A stretch of DNA of 64,000 nt from Dimorphilus gyrociliatus (taxonomy: Eukaryota; Animalia; Annelida), in contig CAJFCJ010000026.1 of assembly GCA_904063045.1 (NCBI GenBank), positions 62,001-126,000 on the forward strand, in the 5' to 3' direction. This document shows, piece after piece, positions 10,999 through 25,000 of this stretch. The position numbers were made by a program, and so were the translations under genes. The notes under the pieces were generated by a model. That model was not told where the DNA came from and ran no database searches. It saw only the letters and a program-made list of their open reading frames with translations. How positions within the stretch are numbered: the stretch's first letter is position 1; each line of letters opens with the position of its first letter.

Positions 10999-13554
10999 TA
11001 ACGACTTCCTAAAGTCCTTTTAGACATTTATATAATCACGCCCCCCTAAACCGACTTTTTAAATGAGATGCTTTTAAATAATTATGTAACAAATGCACGA
11101 AACAAGTTTACTTCATATCTCTTCGGTCAATAACGAAACGACTTATTTATAAGATAAGATACGTACCATAACGAGGTTAAGGATAAGCTAAAAAAAATAA
11201 AGCTATTAGGTACTTGTTAGCTACGGCATTTTTATGACAATTAATAATTTGGTTTTTTCTTCCAAATATAAAAAGCTCCATCTATCGTATTACACTGATG
11301 AAAGAAATGTAACGAAATATTATTCCTCCGTGTTCTATATAACCTTAATGATACTCTTTGCATCCCTCGTGTAATTAAGTTAATAAAAAATTGTAAATGA
11401 TATCTCTCATATGCTATTGATTCAATATTTCAAAGTGTTTTCATTCGAAGTTTGAATTTGTTCTCTTGTTTTTTCTTTACCGTTTTGAATTGGTTCAAAG
11501 AAGGTAAATGTCGCTGGAAGGGGACAAGGGGGAAGATTAAGTTATAATTGTATTTATGAAGAGGTGGTAGAACCTTAAATTCATTTCTATAAAGAGGCTT
11601 ATTTTATAATTCTTACCAGCTATTTTTTTTTGGTAAAACATTTGGACTGTTCCATTTGACGGGCCTTTTTGTAAATTACACTTAATATTTCATATTGTAA
11701 CGAGATAGTTAAAAGAAATCGAGAATTCTGTAAAATATTTTCAATAATAGCGCTATGCCCTATAAAATATAATATTTTTTTTTATTTGGAAGAACAAAAA
11801 CAGCCCTTTCTCTTTCATTCTTCTTCCCCCTTTCCTCTCTCGACCTTACGTATGCTTACTCAAAATCCGCACGTTTCTGCACTCGGTTCGTAAGATTTCT
11901 TCTTAGGCACTTAAATTGAATAGTTTCTATCTATTATAATACGTAGTTATAGAACTTTTTTCTACGAACCTAGAAGCGATTCATTCTTTGAGGCTTGTAT
12001 ACAAATAGAAATAGTATTCAGTTTAATAGCGTTTTCCTGCTTGTTAATATAAAAGATATTTTTTAATATGAAAGAAATATATATATATAACGTACTAATT
12101 TTAATTAAAAGGTTGTTATTTACTTCTATTTTCTAGTTTCAAAAGCTTTCTTTCATAAAGTTCCACTAGTTTTCTCCTATAGAAACGTCAACTTTCAACT
12201 GAATTATCTCTGAATAATTATACTATTTAATTAAAATTTTAATTGATAAGATGACTTAGAGCTACAAAAGATAGTTAGTTTACAATTTTAGGTGCAGTTG
12301 TCTCATACTTCTTTTAAAGATTCCTAGTCGTTAAATAGAGCTGAAGAAGATTATGTATAATAATTTAAAATCAACCTTTAGATATATAATAAGATGTAAT
12401 ACGAGTCTTTCTTCACTTAATAGAGTAGTCATCTTTTACTTTTTGAAGTCAATTGAGCTATATATATTTCTTACAAGAATACGATGAACAATAGCAAACT
12501 ATGAAAAGCATATATTGTTTGCATTGCAAGTTTCTAACAATAAAAACAATCTAAAAATGAGGAACATCTCAGGATATTAGTAACATGGGAGGGGATGATA
12601 GAAAGTCTCCAGGTAAGGTAGAACGAGAGCAATTGAAAGTTAAGTATAATAACCTTATTCTTTGCTATTATTTTCCTTTTATTTCATCTGTAATACTGAG
12701 GAATCTCTAATTCAGATCTCAAGGTTGATTTTTCTAAAAGTTAATCTCTAAATTCTATTTACTAAGGATTTTTCTCAAGTGTGTCATTCAAATGCAAAAC
12801 CAAAAAATGCTATCGTAATTAATAATCTAAAACATATTCATTTAATATATATATATATACTGTATACAGTATGTTGTATATATTTACAGTAAATATTCCA
12901 ATTTCTTTTGTAAATACAAACAACTTTACAATAACACCCAGGGAACGAGAATAGTACTTTATCTTTTTCTGATCGTATCATATCTTTAACCATATTGTTA
13001 CGTCAAGACTGTCTTTGACAGACTTCTTTGCTCATCCTCCTACTCATTTTTCTTTCTGTTTATAATATACTCTCCTCTAAAACAAGAACAGAAAAAATTA
13101 ATTAATTAATATCTTACTATATACAGTATATATAATATATATGTATATAGTACAGTATATTGATGTGAATGAAAGAAATTTGTTTATTTCAAACTGTAAC
13201 TATTCAGATTAATAGTGTATCAATATTTAGAGTATAAATAGATATATCTCTTTTGAAAGCATAACCGAAATTCGTTCATTTTCTTTTCTGAATGAATCCA
13301 TTATTGTTTTTAATAGTTTGTTTAATCTCTCTTCTTCTTCTCCTCTTCAAACTCTTAGAAATGAAGATTACATATACGAAAAAAAGAAACGATAATAACA
13401 AGATGAACTCTTGTATTATTCTTCTATAAAGCACTTAAACATATGTAACAGTAGTAATTTCTCTTATCTTCAATTTAGACTATTTAGAAGTAAATGAATA
13501 TTGCTTTTGTCTTATCATATAAGTCTTCTCAATTCTGCTAGTATTGTCTTATTT

Positions 13555-13581
13555 CTTCTTCTTCTTCTTCTTCTTCTTCTT
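13555..13581. repeat. (CTT)9 microsatellite
   Basis: Direct reading. Confidence 0.9.
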
Positions 13582-14146
13582 TTAGAGATGTTACCAATTA
13601 TACTCAATATACAATAATACAATAAAGTAGTTAAACAAACACGTAAAATGACGTCACAAGTTTTTCGGAGTATTTTATGATCCTTGATTGGTATCTATGA
13701 TTTTGAAAGGCTTTGGCATAATATTAGCTTTCTATCTTTTTCAAATAAAAGGATAAACTACTTTCATCATAGTACAGACTCAAGAGTTGAGTTTTTAAAA
13801 AGAAATTATTTCGAGAGAGAGAGAGAGAGAAAGAGAGAAAGACAGATAAGCTGAGAAAAAAAGAAAAATAAAAAGAATAAAAAGATAAAAATTTGTCAAC
13901 ATAAATCCTTAAATTGTTTATCATTGAGAGAATATTTTTTTTTTTGCATACTTTGCTATATTTTTTCATTGTAGCTTAAACTTTAAAACGAAAATTTTGA
14001 TTGATAATTATGTTTTTAATTGCTAAAAATTTGTTAAAGGGAATATTTACAAAGTTTAACTTTTCAAAAAACTTAATTATAATTATATCTGTGATATTTG
14101 ATATTTGTTAGTAGAGGTGGTGGGGTAGGAAGTACAGGAGAGAGGA

Positions 14147-14181
14147 TGACGTCACTAGCTCTTAAAATTTTTTTATATAAA
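14147..14181 (+). promoter_or_regulatory. Candidate proximal promoter of the GPCR: CRE TGACGTCA (14147-14154) and TATATAAA (14174-14181); a second CRE at 13649-13656
   Basis: Exact motif matches; spacing to the ATG at 14235 is compatible with a start site near 14205. Confidence 0.4.
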
Positions 14182-14234
14182 TAGAGTTCAGTCGGGGGGG
14201 GAAACGGCAGAGACCTCATAACTTACGAAAGAAG

Positions 14235-15287
14235 ATGAATGAAACCGGTAGCTCTGCGATAGGTGAATTGATTATCAGACTTCATATTTATTATCTACCA
14301 TTAATAATTGTTTTTGGTCTGTTGGGTAATCTTCTATCGGCGATTGTATTCCTTTTTTCAAATCTCAATCAATTTTCATCAAGCGTCTATTTATCTGCTT
14401 TATCATTAGCTGATATATGTTTTCTGTTGTGTTTATTTTTGAATTGGCTACTATGGATAGGTACAGATTTAATTAACTATGAAGTATGTTGTCAACTATT
14501 TGCGTATATATCACATGTTAGCTCTTCACTATCATTCCTGTTTATTCTTGCCTTTACTGTTGAACGTTACGTAGTAGTACTTCTTCCCTTACATAAGTTT
14601 GTATGGTGTACAATTGGAAGAGCTCGAAAAATTATCTACATTCTAGTTGCTCTGTGCCTTGTTCTACAAATGATACATATATTCTCGAGCGAAGTTAAAG
14701 TTAAAAATGAATATAACGAAACAAAGCGAATATGTGAGCCTAAAAAGAGTTTTCGCTATCACTTAAATTTTTTTGTCCTCTTTGACTCAATTATAACTTT
14801 TTTTCTTCCATTTTTTGTAATATTAGTAGCCAATTTTCGTATTTGCGTTCGAATATGGATGACGATGAGAAGACGCGACGAAATGACAACAATACCAGCT
14901 TCTCAAAGACAAGAACTGCGAATAACTGTACTATTAGTTTTTGTTTCTGTAACATTTTTTGTATTAAATGCCCCTGCTCACGCATTTAAATTAGCCGCTG
15001 TTGTCCATACTGTACGGGATACTCATAGCGCCTATGGTCCATTAACTATAAACCTTCAGAGTTTATCAAATCTTCTCTACTACACTAGTCACGCTGTCAA
15101 CTTCCTTCTATACTCTATTGGAGGGAATACATTTAGACAAGCCCTCCTCAACTACGGAAGAAGACTTTTTCAACTGCAAAGGCATTCAAGCTATGCTGAA
15201 AGCAATCGCCAAACGTTATTAACACCCAATCACGGTTCACGCTCCAGTAATAGAAAGAACAGACAAAATATGGGATCGGCAATCTAA
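14235..15287 (+). CDS. Class A peptide GPCR, FMRFamide/sex-peptide/myosuppressin-receptor-like; coding region intronless
   Basis: 350 aa with 7 hydrophobic segments: GLLGN (TM1), LSLAD (TM2), VERY (TM3), NAP (TM6), NFLLY in place of NPxxY (TM7). Ligand cannot be assigned. Confidence 0.9.
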   Translation: MNETGSSAIGELIIRLHIYYLPLIIVFGLLGNLLSAIVFLFSNLNQFSSSVYLSALSLADICFLLCLFLNWLLWIGTDLINYEVCCQLFAYISHVSSSLSFLFILAFTVERYVVVLLPLHKFVWCTIGRARKIIYILVALCLVLQMIHIFSSEVKVKNEYNETKRICEPKKSFRYHLNFFVLFDSIITFFLPFFVILVANFRICVRIWMTMRRRDEMTTIPASQRQELRITVLLVFVSVTFFVLNAPAHAFKLAAVVHTVRDTHSAYGPLTINLQSLSNLLYYTSHAVNFLLYSIGGNTFRQALLNYGRRLFQLQRHSSYAESNRQTLLTPNHGSRSSNRKNRQNMGSAI

Positions 15288-15875
15288 AAATTCATGAAGA
15301 GATTGTTAAAAAATTATTATTCAATGTATAACTGTCACTGTACCTGACAGTTATTTCATTTTACCTAAACATTCATTGCTTGTCATATTTATAGTCCAAT
15401 CATCAATTTGTCGTTAAAACGAAACAATTTTTTTTTTACGATTTAAATCTCATTTATAAATGTTTCTGCAAAAATTTATATTCAATGTTCTATAAATAAA
15501 TACGTAATTATATATTTTGTGTAGATGTGCTTAGAATCTTTTACTATCGAATAAAATTAACGTTTGAGAGGAAAGCAATTGTTTAGAAAACTTTTTTTTT
15601 CTTAAGATACGAAAATAAATATAGAATGATGAATTATTTTGTTGTTTATATATTTTCGTATAAAAATTAGGCTAAAAAATAAATTTTCTAGATATAAAAA
15701 ATGAACTTTTAAAAGATGTTTTTAAGGATTTATTCTAAAGAATCAACTGTAATTCTAAAATCCTTTAATACTAATAAATTACGTCTCTCGCTCGCTGTCT
15801 TTTTTATCTATTCTTTTTTATGTAACATCAACGTTTTGGTGTTAATACAAGTTATACGTGAGTAATAATAAGAAA

Positions 15876-15880
<5 letters not shown>

Positions 15881-15906
<26 letters not shown>
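15881..15906. repeat. (AG)13 microsatellite
   Basis: Direct reading. Confidence 0.9.
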
Positions 15907-15911
<5 letters not shown>

Positions 15912-16040
15912 GGCAAGAGGGAGATGAAGGGAGGAAGAAATAGAAAGGGATGAGAGTTTATTGGTGTGATACATCGACCAAGCTACAAAAACTTTCTAAT
16001 TTAAAAAATCGGTAAAAATCTTTATATCATTTTATTCTTT

Positions 16041-16044
<4 letters not shown>

Positions 16045-16092
<48 letters not shown>
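16045..16092. repeat. (TA)24 microsatellite, the longest of many TA runs in the window
   Basis: Direct reading. Confidence 0.9.
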
Positions 16093-16096
<4 letters not shown>

Positions 16097-17606
16097 TGAT
16101 CTCTGTATTTTCATAAAGTGCCATTATCTTAATTGAAGGTAAACAAATATACAAAAATAAATATTACAAACCATAAACATATCTCTGCTTATTGGAAAAA
16201 GGGAAATTTGTTTATGATTTTAATTACGGTCTTTTTTCTTCCTTTTTAAGTCTATCTACGGATAATTTACTTAAGGACTTTGCACAGGATTTCTAAGGAG
16301 AGTTGGGAGAGTGTAATTGTTGAAGCATAAAGAAAAAAAGAACTGACTGGAAAGAGTATGATTAGGGAGGTGTGAGAAGAGCTATACTTAGTGGAAAGAA
16401 ATATGAAATATTTTCTTTTCTTGTTATTATCCCTTGACGACAGACTTGTACATCATTAACATTAAAGTTTATATATTAATCCCCTAAGAGAAGATATACA
16501 ATTTTCTTTGATAATATACAAATAATATAGTTGTTATAAAAGATTATCGATAATCTGTTTCTCTTTTAATATTAGCATTTGGAACGTAACGTCTGAAAAA
16601 TGATAAGTATTCCAAAAATTTTCCATTCAATGAATAATGATAATTTCAGACATGATAGTATTCTTTAATTTAAATTTCTCAGGATTGCACTACTTGAATT
16701 ACTTGATAATTCTATTAATTTTAATATTTGTAATTACTTGATAATATTAAATTAAACGTATATGTACTTTGATCATAGTAGATTAATTATTTTTATAGAT
16801 TAAACAAGTGTTTAAGATTTCTCCTTCGCGCCTAATTGTTTACTAAAAAGAAAGTACTTTAATAATTGATTGATTTGTTTTAAATTTCATGTATCTGTTG
16901 CAAAAAAAAAATATCCCTTAAAATTTTACCCATTATCATTAACAAACGGATAGATGGAACTAGTATGTAATTATCCATTTTTAGTTACCTCTTCAAATAC
17001 TGAAGTCCCATGGAATACAAAAACAAGAATTATTCGTGACAATTGCATTCAATTTGTAAAACTTATCGAAACTACTTGGTTCCAATAGTATCTTACAGTT
17101 ATTCATTATTTTATTAATTATATGATATATGATAAATCTGTTTTACCCAAATTGAAAATAGAATTTACAGAAAACAATACAATATTATAATTTTCATCTT
17201 TTTTTTTCTTTTATTCCATTTATTCAACGAAAATTTCCATAGTAAAACACATAAAAAAAACACGTATCTAAAACCTCTACTTTTGTCTAAAAGGTTTAAA
17301 GTTAAAAAACATTTCTCAATTTTCATTTATAATCAAGAAATGAGTCGGTGGGAGTATTTCCCAAGGAGATATATATATATATATATATATATATTCATAT
17401 ATTTAAAGGTATACACATGTATGCTTTCATCTATTCATACATGCAGCATTTAGATCTTATTATTAATAAATGAAATTCACCATTTCTTTTGCCATCGGTG
17501 AAAGTTGGAGGTACAATTAATTTATAAGTCTTTTTATATTATAAATTGTCTTTTTCCTTGTTGAAAAATTGACTAGCGATTATGATCATTAATGTAATGT
17601 TTACTT

Positions 17607-19830
17607 TTAAACATCCATATATCTGGGAGGCTGATGTATAATAAATGGTTCGTGCCACATACGTCTTAGATCACCCTGATAAGATAAAAAAAATAAACAA
17701 AAATATTATATTAATATAATTTTTCCTTTTAAATTATATAAACATATATTACTTTCAAGTATGCCATAATAAGCAATGGCAATAAAGTGAACGGAACCAG
17801 GTAGAGTAAAGCTGGTTGTGCAGCTTTGAAAATTTCCGAAGACAAAGTTGCAGTTAATAAACCTTATTCGTTTTAATATAAAAAAAATAGATTAAATGCA
17901 ATAATAATCTTATAATTTTTTTTTATAAAAATTCTCACCTAAGAAGTAGCCAATTAACGAACAATGGAAATAAGTAATTCTGTGATAAGAAGTCGTTGGA
18001 GCGCCAGTCTCTCCACACGGTAATTGAGATTTCTTGTAAGCATCATAGCGTAAAACAAAACATAATAATAATCCGGGCATGACCTGCGAAAAGATTACAT
18101 TTTATTCTTTATATTAAATACTACCTTATTGTATTTTTAAACCATTAGATCTGTCATTCATACGAAAATAAATTCAATATCTATTAACACATGAGAAATT
18201 GCGTTATATTACAATTATACTATTCAGTCCCTTTTTAAGAACTCCAACTATGTATAAAGTTTTTCTCACTTAGATATTGAAATTAAGTTAAATGGAGTAT
18301 CTTTTTACATGTTATATGTGCAATTTTCTTTAAAAAAGTAGAGTTAACCTTTCAATAACCTTAACAACTTGAAAAACTTCAATATCTTTCGCTTCAAATT
18401 TTTTATCTTTTTAATTATTCTTAAATTAACGTTTTTATAGCCTTAAAGTAATTAAAAAGCTGGCTAAGATTATTGATGGTTTTATCAATGATACTAAAAA
18501 TAAAAATGATAAGAAAAAAAAATCCAAAAACCAACTATGTCTCCTAATCCCAACATAGAAAAATGACCAGAATTATGTACACTAGGAAATACAAGTTTCC
18601 CAGGTAACGATAATTTTGGGGCATCCCTAACCAATCCTGGAAGGTGCAGTTTTTTTGCAAAGACCCCAACCGGATTTTCAGCGGGTCTCGTTGCAACTTT
18701 AACCATGACATTTGTACTAAATATGTACGATGAAAAAAATACCCAGAAAACATCATACATGAGCAAACCAACCAATAATAATGTAGATACTTTTAAGCTT
18801 GGTAGCCTAACAAGGGCTATAAAGGCTACACATAACCCCATTCCCAGAGCTAAAGATAATAAATTAAAGATTAATAATTAACTGGCATCGAGTACAAATA
18901 TACAACCATCCATTAGTAGCCAATGACCAGTTTCCACCCATATGCAAACTAGGATAAATGAAAGACAAAATGACATTATTTCTGCCGGCGTAAATCTCCC
19001 ACAACAACCAAACGAAATCCTAAAAGAAAAAAGAAAAAAAAATGTTCAAAATTTTTAGACAACCCGTTGCGCCATCTCGTTGTAAAAATTTTAATATAAA
19101 CAAACTTGTTATTATTGCTGTAACATGGTCGGAGTAAGTATTGTGACATTGGCAGAAGGAGGAAAGCAAAAGCTACCGTGGCTAATACTATAGAAACATC
19201 AAAAATATGAGAATTAAATAAATAATCGATAAAAATTTTCTTACTTGCTGTACAAATAGCAAAAACTGTTTGTAGAGAGTCAAAAAAGAGAAACATAACA
19301 AGTAGGGAAATGCTTGCTCCTATTGGTAACAGCATAGCTTGACATGAATCAATAGTCTGAACACTTGATTTAGCATCAGTAGGACTTGCTGGAGAAGATG
19401 CTGAGAATGCTGAATCTTCCTTCTCTTTGTCTCTCTCCCTTTTCTCTTGTTCGATATTTAATGATCTTTAAAAAAAGAAAGAAAAACGTTAAAATTTTAT
19501 TGTACTTTATGCAATTTTCAAGTAATGGTTACCGAAAACTTCCATAGACTATTAATAAGATAGATATGATATAAGTAGATATTCTAGATGAGTCTACCAT
19601 TGAGTAAGCCCTGTAGATAGAAAAGAAAGAATATCATCTTTACAATAAGAGAAAAAAGAAAAATTAAATATTCAAATAATCAAAAAGTTAGTATTATTTA
19701 GTTTAAATTTAAATGTAAAAATCAGAGGAAGTAAATGATAAATTCGACTGGTGTGAAGTGAATATTTATAAAGATATTACGGCCAATTTTTTACACTTCT
19801 TACATTCTGCTGCAGTAAAAACTTCTGACC
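17607..19830 (-). CDS. SPPL3: Signal peptide peptidase-like 3 (GxGD intramembrane aspartyl protease); first exon and start not resolved
   Basis: [29 protein letters not shown]-terminus; catalytic YD ([12 protein letters not shown]) and LGLGDIVMPG; QPALLYLVP; terminal exon [25 protein letters not shown] ending at 17607. Confidence 0.95.
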
Positions 19831-21356
19831 TTTCGAGAGCAAGTTTTTCAAAGAAAAAAGAAAGTAAATAAAATAAGGAAAAACTAATTAAGCTCAATAG
19901 TACTGTAAGAGAGGGGTAAATAGTTGCACGATAACCGCTTCCCCTTTCCACACGAGAGAAATTTAAGAAGGGCCCAGCAAGTAGACATTAACCATACTAA
20001 TGCAGATGCTGGGTGGACTTTCCCATATTTTTGCAGTAAAAACGACAGAATTGATTTTTTTCTAGTATAGCTCTTTATGATAATTTATCTTTTATGCAAA
20101 CTCATTAATTACGTTTATAAAATATACCTAGAGGAAGTATAACTGGTTTCAACGCTCTCGTAATATCGAGACGCCTCCATCCTAGTTTGAAATGCAAACA
20201 AAGAACCTGCACGTGCAAGATGCTCCTAAAAAGCGGCGCCCTCTGTTGTATCTCTTCCTATTTCATAGAAGTGACTAAATAATTAAAGATGAATTTTAGC
20301 AGTCAATTCATGATTTATCTAAAATTATGTTTCTATAGGGGGTAAAAATCTAAAATTCAATTATTTTATTTCTATGCAAATTTAAATATACTTACATCAA
20401 ACAGAATTCAATGAAAAAGACTAATTCCTTTATGTTGATGGATAAAATGAAAAAACACCAACAAATTCATGTGCATAAATTAAAAACAGAAAACTATAAT
20501 ATAACATTAAATACAACCCCTTAAACATAAGATTTTTATTGTAAATTTTCGAGAAAAATTTAATATAAAGAAAGGGTTTGTTATTAATCAGGATTTTACT
20601 TGAGAGAAATTTGGAGTAAAAATTAAAAATATATCTCTTGTGTAATAAAAATTATGTAATATTTTTTAAGTCCTAAAGATAATTTATTATCAAAACTCAG
20701 TAAGATATTTGCTGAAACACCTACGAAAATACACCATAGTAACTGGAAAAGAGTACCAGTTTTCAAACCTATATATACTGTATATATATAGATCCGCTAG
20801 GTGGATGTTATTCAAATTATTCCATATTATTAACGTGCGCCTATATAGATATACATAAACAATAAAATAATCATTTAAATGTTTATTTGGTTTTGGAAGT
20901 ATTCAAAATGTACATTAAATTATTTAATACGAAAGACAACAATTTGTTATCTTTTATTAAGAGATAAGTTAATTGCCAGATATAATATCAACATATTTTT
21001 GCTATAGAATAAGATATATACAATAAATCTTATAATTTACAAATTCAGTACAGTCCATAAAAGGAAATAAGTACATGTAACTTTTAATATGTAACAGTGT
21101 TAAAAAATTAGAATTTTTGCATGCAAATATCAAAATTTGATAATACAAAAAACTTCATTCATTGCCGGGATTTTAAAAATAGTGTAAACCTCTTGCTAGT
21201 ATCTTGGCAAAGGCATAGATGGTTTACAGAGCATATTGCATACCTATCGACAATCAAAATCCAAAGAAATGTACAAGCAGCTGATATGAAACGATTGTAT
21301 AAACTTTACTTACATATCATAGGTGAGTCAATTAGCATTAAAAGATATATATATAT

Positions 21357-21391
<35 letters not shown>

Positions 21392-22044
21392 CTAAATGAT
21401 AATAAGTCATAGATGAAAACGGACTGTGATGAATTACATATTCTATAAGCCAATATAGTGCAATAGTATTTTAAAAACAGACTCCATCACACTATTTTGC
21501 GTGATGATTGTGAAAATTGTCTCTTCCTCCATTAGCCAAACGTACTTCAGACGTAAAATAAAACAGCTGATTACTTGAAGAAAAAAAAGAAATGGACACG
21601 GTTGTCACTGACCTGTTTAGGTCTAAAACTAAAATGAGTTAATAGGTCAAACTAAAATGTACACTCTTGGTAACAGTCACATGTTGAGAATCAACTGCGA
21701 ATGTAAAATACACGTATACGTGAAATAGATAAATGTTTCAAGCTATATCACGCCAGCGACGAACGCTTAAACGTCCAACGCTTGTAACATCAACAACCGC
21801 GTTGAAAGTATTAGACTAGAAAAAATGTGAAATAATGGAGAGACAGAACATTGATAAAAAAAAGGCACGTAATTTTACGTCCTTACTCTTAGTTTCTTAT
21901 TAAATGACAGCGAGGTATATGTACCAAATTGCACTACCAATGACATATCTTAGCCAAAAATGAACGAATTTTTTTAAGTAGGAAATATGAATCAGCACCT
22001 AAAGATATTCTTGCTTTAAATCCAAACCAATCAAGTATGCGCAG

Positions 22045-25000
22045 TTAGATTAACTTGTTGATGGCATGATAAATTTGCATTAGAACGACAAAATGAACCG
22101 GAAGGCAAGATCTTCTATCGTTCAATTTAAAATCAAAAGTTAACCAAGAAAGCGCGTTGTATGTTTCCAAAACGTATCTAGTAAATAAAAAAGGAGTTAC
22201 TTAGCTGACAATGCAAATAAGACTATTTACCTTAATACATCAGATGTTAAATTTGAATCTAGTGGATGGGTTGAAGATTTTTGGGTGGAGGATGAAGCAA
22301 ATTCATCTGAATCTGTTTGGTGTAAGACATTGTGGAGGTGAAGAGCTGCTTTAAGGCATACTGGTAAGACTTTAGCTCGTTGGGGACATGCCGACCAAAA
22401 CCACCGAGGGAGAGCACCAGTAGCTGCGGTTGAAACATAAAAGCCTATTGCTAAAGGTTGCTGGAGAATAGTCTGTGGTATTTCTTGAGGATCAGAGTCT
22501 GCGGAATTTATGTTATTAATATTAGCCTGGCCTGCATTTGATAGATGGGTTGGCGATGAATGGCCATTGCTGACAGGTGAATTCGGAGCGTTCATTGATT
22601 TCAAAATATCATCGAAGTTCAATCCCAGAGTTTCATCATCTATTTCCCCAGCACCAATATAATCAATTCCGAGATCTTCTGCTTCCTCGTGCGGTTGTAT
22701 TGTTCCTTGGGTTTGGTACTGTGCTGTGGCTGATGTAGGGAGCACTAGAATATGAGTTGTTGAAGATGCGTCTCGAGGTGTCGATAAAGGACAAGAGCTG
22801 GAGCTCTTCTCTTCAACCTTTACACAATCTGGCATGACCTGAATAGACTGATGAGCCTCCATTGAAATCAGGCAAGCACCAACAATGTTGGCCCCAACAT
22901 TTGGTTTTAGATCTGAGCAGGCACTACAAACCTCTTTAAGTTCCGAATTCGATTTAGTTAGATTATCTCTTGACAGCAGGCCAGCCCAACCTTTCAATTC
23001 GCCATGACCAATGCGGCCAAATCGGCCGATCACAAGTCTCCAGCTCATTAACGTACCGCTTATCAGACCAATAATAAATTGCCAAAGCTTCTTTAAGCCT
23101 ATTTTTCGGGCTGATGCCTTACTTCTCCTAGCCCCTCTATTTGGTATGTAAATATTAATGGTGCAGGTATCTAGTAGCTCTCCATTATTATCAGTAACAG
23201 CCGCTAAGAGCCACTTTTGATCTTCAGATAAACAATATCCAACAAATAAAACTCCATCATGTGTATTTTCAGTCGAAGACCAACGCTTGTTGGTATTTGT
23301 GAGAGTGAAGGGAGGTGTGAATAATTTGTATTGCGGAGGATTTTCTAGTTTATTTAGTCTTCGTTCCCCTTCAGCTGCTGGACCGAAACCTGTCAAACAC
23401 CGACCAGATACTCTATGAGTAAGAATTCGGCTACACTTTGTATACACTGATAGAGCTAAAGTTTTCAACTGATTATTGTCAGGTGACATCCTTGCAGCTA
23501 AAATTTCATGTTGAGATATAATTTGCATGGTCAAACGAGAAGACACCTGTGGTCCAACTTGTTTACATAATTCATCAAAACACCGGAAAAATCCTAGTGT
23601 AGCCAACCGATCACCCTGGGGCCATGAGCTACCGGAGAAGGGATCTATTACATAAACAACGTATGTCGGTAAATTGTTATTATCTTCTTCTTTTATTCCT
23701 TTATTTTGCATGGCTAAAAATCCGGCTGTAATTGTAAAAAGAATATTATACGAATGAATACTAAAATACTAAATGACTTTACCTAATACTCCTTTGCATA
23801 TACGTGCATATATAGAAATTTTTGCTGCAATGGGAGTATTTCCTATCAACTTAAACCAGTCGTCCAAGGCAACATCTCCACTGACCATCTGTAAACATTG
23901 TTTACCAATCCTCAAAATTCCTTGTCTTAAAGAATCTATTGGTCGATGACGTCCAAGGTGACACGATTCATAAACGTCACTTAGTTCCCTTATGTAGGCA
24001 CAGACGTGATCAAGCACATAATCGTGCTCTGGAGCAAGAACAACATACGTAACATCTCTTGGTGCACTATAGGGTTCCATCAATAACTTATCCCAATACC
24101 GGAGAGAGTATGGAGCAACAGAAATCCATTCTTTATCATAACCGGCTAATATTTGTGGAATTGGTTGAGGAGCTGATGCTTCATCTGTTCCTCGACGTGC
24201 TAATAAATGAAAGTCTTTCCAAGTTAATGGTCCCATTACGTTATACGTCGTATCCCAGTTGTTATTTTTCTTTTGAATAGCATCTTGAAGAAGGGGATTT
24301 AGAGAGTTTAACAATCTCACTACATCGTGGCAATTTGCAGGAATTTTCGCGTTACTTTGGAAATAGGGCCATTTATGTAAGCAAGACTCTTTAAAAATAG
24401 TCTCATCAACGTGTTTTGGCTGAGGTGGATTGGAATTAGACGGATCACCACTAAATTTTGATAATTCAAGAGCTGACCAAGTTATTGCACATCCGTCTTG
24501 AATCTCTAACTGCCTTGTTCCACCATCACGCAACTCCATAGATCTTAATTGCTGTTCAAAATCGACGTCACTATCCCATTCAGAACTCATCGACAATTGA
24601 GCTGTCATAAAATACTGTCTAACTGCAGTCATTATATCGGAGGGTTGTGCATCTAGTTCTTTTTCCCCATTGCTTCTTGGTTTTGGCTGTTCTTTCGTAG
24701 TGTCAATCATACCAGTGATGTCCATTTGATCCTCCATAAATAATCCCGAAGCAATGGCATAACGCCTATTCATCACTGCTGAAAAGCCACAAACGCAAGT
24801 ACTCTCCAACTCGCGGCGATCGTTCTGACTGACTAAGTACGATTCGGCGTCTGATCCTCGTATATTCATATTACAAGCGCAGAGTGGGCAACTGTCAAAA
24901 TTATGGTCCTTAAATAAATTGAGCAAAGAGTCGTATAGTAGAACATTTAATAAAATGGCGTTCGCTTCAGCATAGTTAGTACTAGTCACTGGTTGTTTTG

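Noticed and set aside
16541-16556. 16-bp perfect palindrome AGATTATCGATAATCT
   Set aside because: Isolated, mostly AT, no flanking element structure; plausible by chance.
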